The translations under genes were made by a program, and so were the position numbers. A model generated the notes under the pieces. The model had not been told where the DNA came from. It ran no database searches and saw nothing but the letters and a program-made list of their open reading frames with translations. 64,000 nucleotides of DNA from Octopus sinensis. Lineage: Eukaryota. The number at the start of each line of letters is the position of its first letter. The stretch's first letter is position 1. The stretch covers positions 10,540,001-10,604,000 of the forward strand of contig NC_043021.1 in the NCBI RefSeq assembly GCF_006345805.1, given 5' to 3'. Of the stretch, positions 61,330 to 64,000 are shown piece after piece.

Positions 61330-61800
61330 GGGTGTGTGTATGCAGATGTAAAGCATTTGTGTGTTGCGTGCAGATGTAAATGTTTGTATGTGTAAAGTTT
61401 TAAAGTGTGTGTGTGTGTATGCACAGATGTAAAGTGTTTGTATGTGTAATGTTTTAAAGTGTGTGTGTGTGTGCACAGATGTAAAGTGTTTGTATGTGTA
61501 ATGTTTTAAAGTGTGTGTGTGTATGTGTGTGCACAGATGTAAAGTGTTTGTATGTGTAATGTTTTAAAGTGTGTGTGTATGTGTGTGCACAGATGTAATG
61601 TGTTTGTATGTGTAATGTTTTAAAGTGTGTGTGTGTGTGTGTGCACAGATGTAAAGTGTTTGTATGTGTAATGTTTTAAAGTGTGTGTGTGTGTGTGTGC
61701 GCACAGATGTAAAGTGTATGTGTGAAGTTTCTGTGCGTGTGTGTGCACAGATGTAAAGTGTATGTATAAAGTGTGTGCATATGTGTGTAGATATAAAGTG
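61330..61800 (+). repeat. ~50-60-bp minisatellite with a variable (GT) tract, about 8 copies
   Basis: gcacagatgtaaagtgtttgtatgtgtaatgttttaaa(gt)n. Confidence 0.9.
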
Positions 61801-61865
61801 TATGTGCACATGTATGTGTTTTTGTGTGTGTGAACATGGATGTAGGAATGATCAAAGAGTGATGA

Positions 61866-62157
61866 CATGTGGCTCAGTGTTTAGGGTATTTGGCTCATGA
61901 TTGTATGGTTGTAAGTTTGATTCCTGGTGGTGCACATTGTGTCCTTGAGCAAGACACTTTATTTTACATTACTCCAGTCCACTCACCTGGCAAAATATTA
62001 TTAGTACCTGTAATTCAAAAGGGGCTAGCTTTCTTGCATTCTATGTCATGCTGAATCTCCCTCAGAACTATGTTAAGGGCATGCATGTCTGTGGAGTACT
62101 CAGCCACTTGCACATTTATTTCAGGAGCAGGCTGTTCTGTTGATCAAATCAACTTGC
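61866..62157 (+). mobile_element. SINE family D
   Basis: tgtggctcagtg..gtaagtttgattcc..ttgagcaagacactt..gagcaggctgttctgttgatc. Confidence 0.78.
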
Positions 62158-63669
62158 CAGTTTTAAAGTTTTTAGGAATGACTGAGTAGTAAAGACGTTG
62201 TCCTCACAATCATAAGAGTCTAGGTTCAGTCCTACTGCTTGGCACCTGGGGCATTGACTTGGGATTTGTTAAGTGAAATTTGGTTGATGGAAACTGTACC
62301 GAAGCTCATAGACTGGATAGGCTGTAGCTGTAATTCGATAGTCTGGTCATGACACAAATTATGTTATGATGGTTCAGACTAAAGGGTTGGAGGATGCGTA
62401 GGGGCTGGCTTGGGGCTGTCAGCTCTGGTAGACCTGGTTGGCTCTACTAATGATGACACCTCTGGGACCACTAGCTTGGAATGATCCCAACCCCATCAAT
62501 CAAGAGCATGAAGCCAAACCAAGCCAACAATGATGTCTCCCACTCAATGAATGGAACCTGGAATTTTAGTGTGGGCAAATTACAACAGAGTAACCTCTAG
62601 TACAGGTACTCAAGGGCTGTGTGGTGGCCTTTCAAACTGGGTACTTTGTTTGGCTCACCAACCGAAATGGTTATTTCTAGCCTTGGCTACAGGTTGTTCA
62701 TCCGACTTACACCTTTCTCCTTGTTACCTTTGCGGACATAATTGCATTTTAGTAATTTCCAGGTTGTTTATTACAACCACCAATTAATACCATCATCTTC
62801 GTTGCCGTAGTTACCACTGTATTTAACATCATGATCATGGCCATGACCACTACCACCACCACCACCACCATCATCATCTGTTTGTGTAATAAGTAATAGA
62901 ATAACATTCCTACAGATTATATATTACTAACTCCTATTTATCCCTTCTATGTTACATGGGATTTGTCTACCTCTCTCCCTTCCTTCCTCTCTCCTTCCCT
63001 CCTTCATCTCTCCTTCCCTCCTTCATCTCTCCTTCCCTCCTTCAATTCTCCTTCCCTCCTTCATCACCTCTCTTCCTGTCTCTTCATACCCCCCCTCATC
63101 TCGTCTCTTTTTGTTTCTCTTTACCCCTCCCCCCTTACCATATTCCTCTCTATCTCTCTCTCATCTCCTCTCTTTCTGTCTCTACCTCTCTCTCCCTTCC
63201 CATGCTCTTCTCCCCCCCCTCTCTCTCTCTCAACGGGCAGGAATCTATGGCGAAAGATTCTGTTCAAATTAGGTTAACATTCATCAACAATTTCCCTTGT
63301 TTACATCCTAAACACTGGTTTCCCCCCCTCTCCACTACCAGCCAACAGCCAATCACTAACCACCCTTTCCCCCCTCCTCCAATGTGTTGATTCAATCACT
63401 AGGAATGAAGAAATAAAAAAAATCACTTAGTCTGAAAAAAAAAGAAAGAAAAGGAAAGCCTAATCTGTTTGCCTAACAAACTCTTCATATCATCTCTTCC
63501 TAATCACATTATAGGATTTCAATGGGTAATCCTCTTTTCGCATCGTCTCACAACAAATCATTACCGGGATCTCTTAACGAAGATCGTTTAGCTTAATACT
63601 AGTCATAACTGCACCAAGCTAAACTCAAAGCCCCGATACACTCAACTAGTGTCCACGTGTCTTTGAGAG

Positions 63670-63905
63670 ACGTGGCTGTGAGGTAAGAAGTTTGCTTCCC
63701 AACCACATGGTTCTGAGTTCGGTCCCACTATGTGGCGCATTGGGCTTGGCAAATGTCTTCTGTGCAGTCTTGTGCTGACCAAATCCTTATGAATGGATTT
63801 GATACATGAAAACTGTCCTGGAGTTGAGTACTTAGACTGAAACATCTTTCAAGGTGAAGCTCCAGCATGGCTGCAATCAAATGAGTGAAACAAGTAAAAG
63901 AATTA
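63670..63905 (+). mobile_element. SINE family A, internally deleted
   Basis: Head and 3' tail joined without the central tract. Confidence 0.78.
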
Positions 63906-64000
63906 AAGAATTTGGGCACACTAATGGCTATGTGGCAGACATGTTTTCTTTGTAACCACATAATTTTGAGCTCATTTCCTTAGGTGTGGTCCATTCTAGC

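Overview
AT-rich, repeat-dense eukaryotic genomic DNA. The SINE families, microsatellites and RTE LINE point to an octopus (coleoid cephalopod) genome; this is inferred from recognised repeat families, not from a search. The only protein-coding host gene I can support is five consecutive + strand exons (22851-28906) encoding the BAR domain of an ACAP/centaurin-beta ArfGAP; its other exons were not found in the window. The rest is intronic or intergenic: tRNA-derived SINEs of at least four families, a 5'-truncated frameshifted RTE LINE (32584-36704) and many copies of its 3' end, a CR1 3' fragment, Tc1/mariner, pogo, piggyBac and hAT-type MITEs, a Helitron, a 5'-truncated tRNA-Glu and several mini- and microsatellites. 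The most interesting signals: (1) a Penelope-type minimal hammerhead ribozyme fold at 4590-4641, preceded by three tandem partial copies and an antisense foldback arm; (2) a ~6-kb array of ~230 copies of a 26-bp hairpin unit (54561-60620), expanded from the RTE 3' UTR and showing a compensatory C-G to T-A stem change; (3) a perfect 335-bp inverted duplication fused to the RTE 5' junction; (4) a candidate nested antisense spliced ORF (40327-39445) next to an RFX X-box. Most ORFs in the supplied track are microsatellite or repeat artefacts. Repeat boundaries were read by eye and are approximate.
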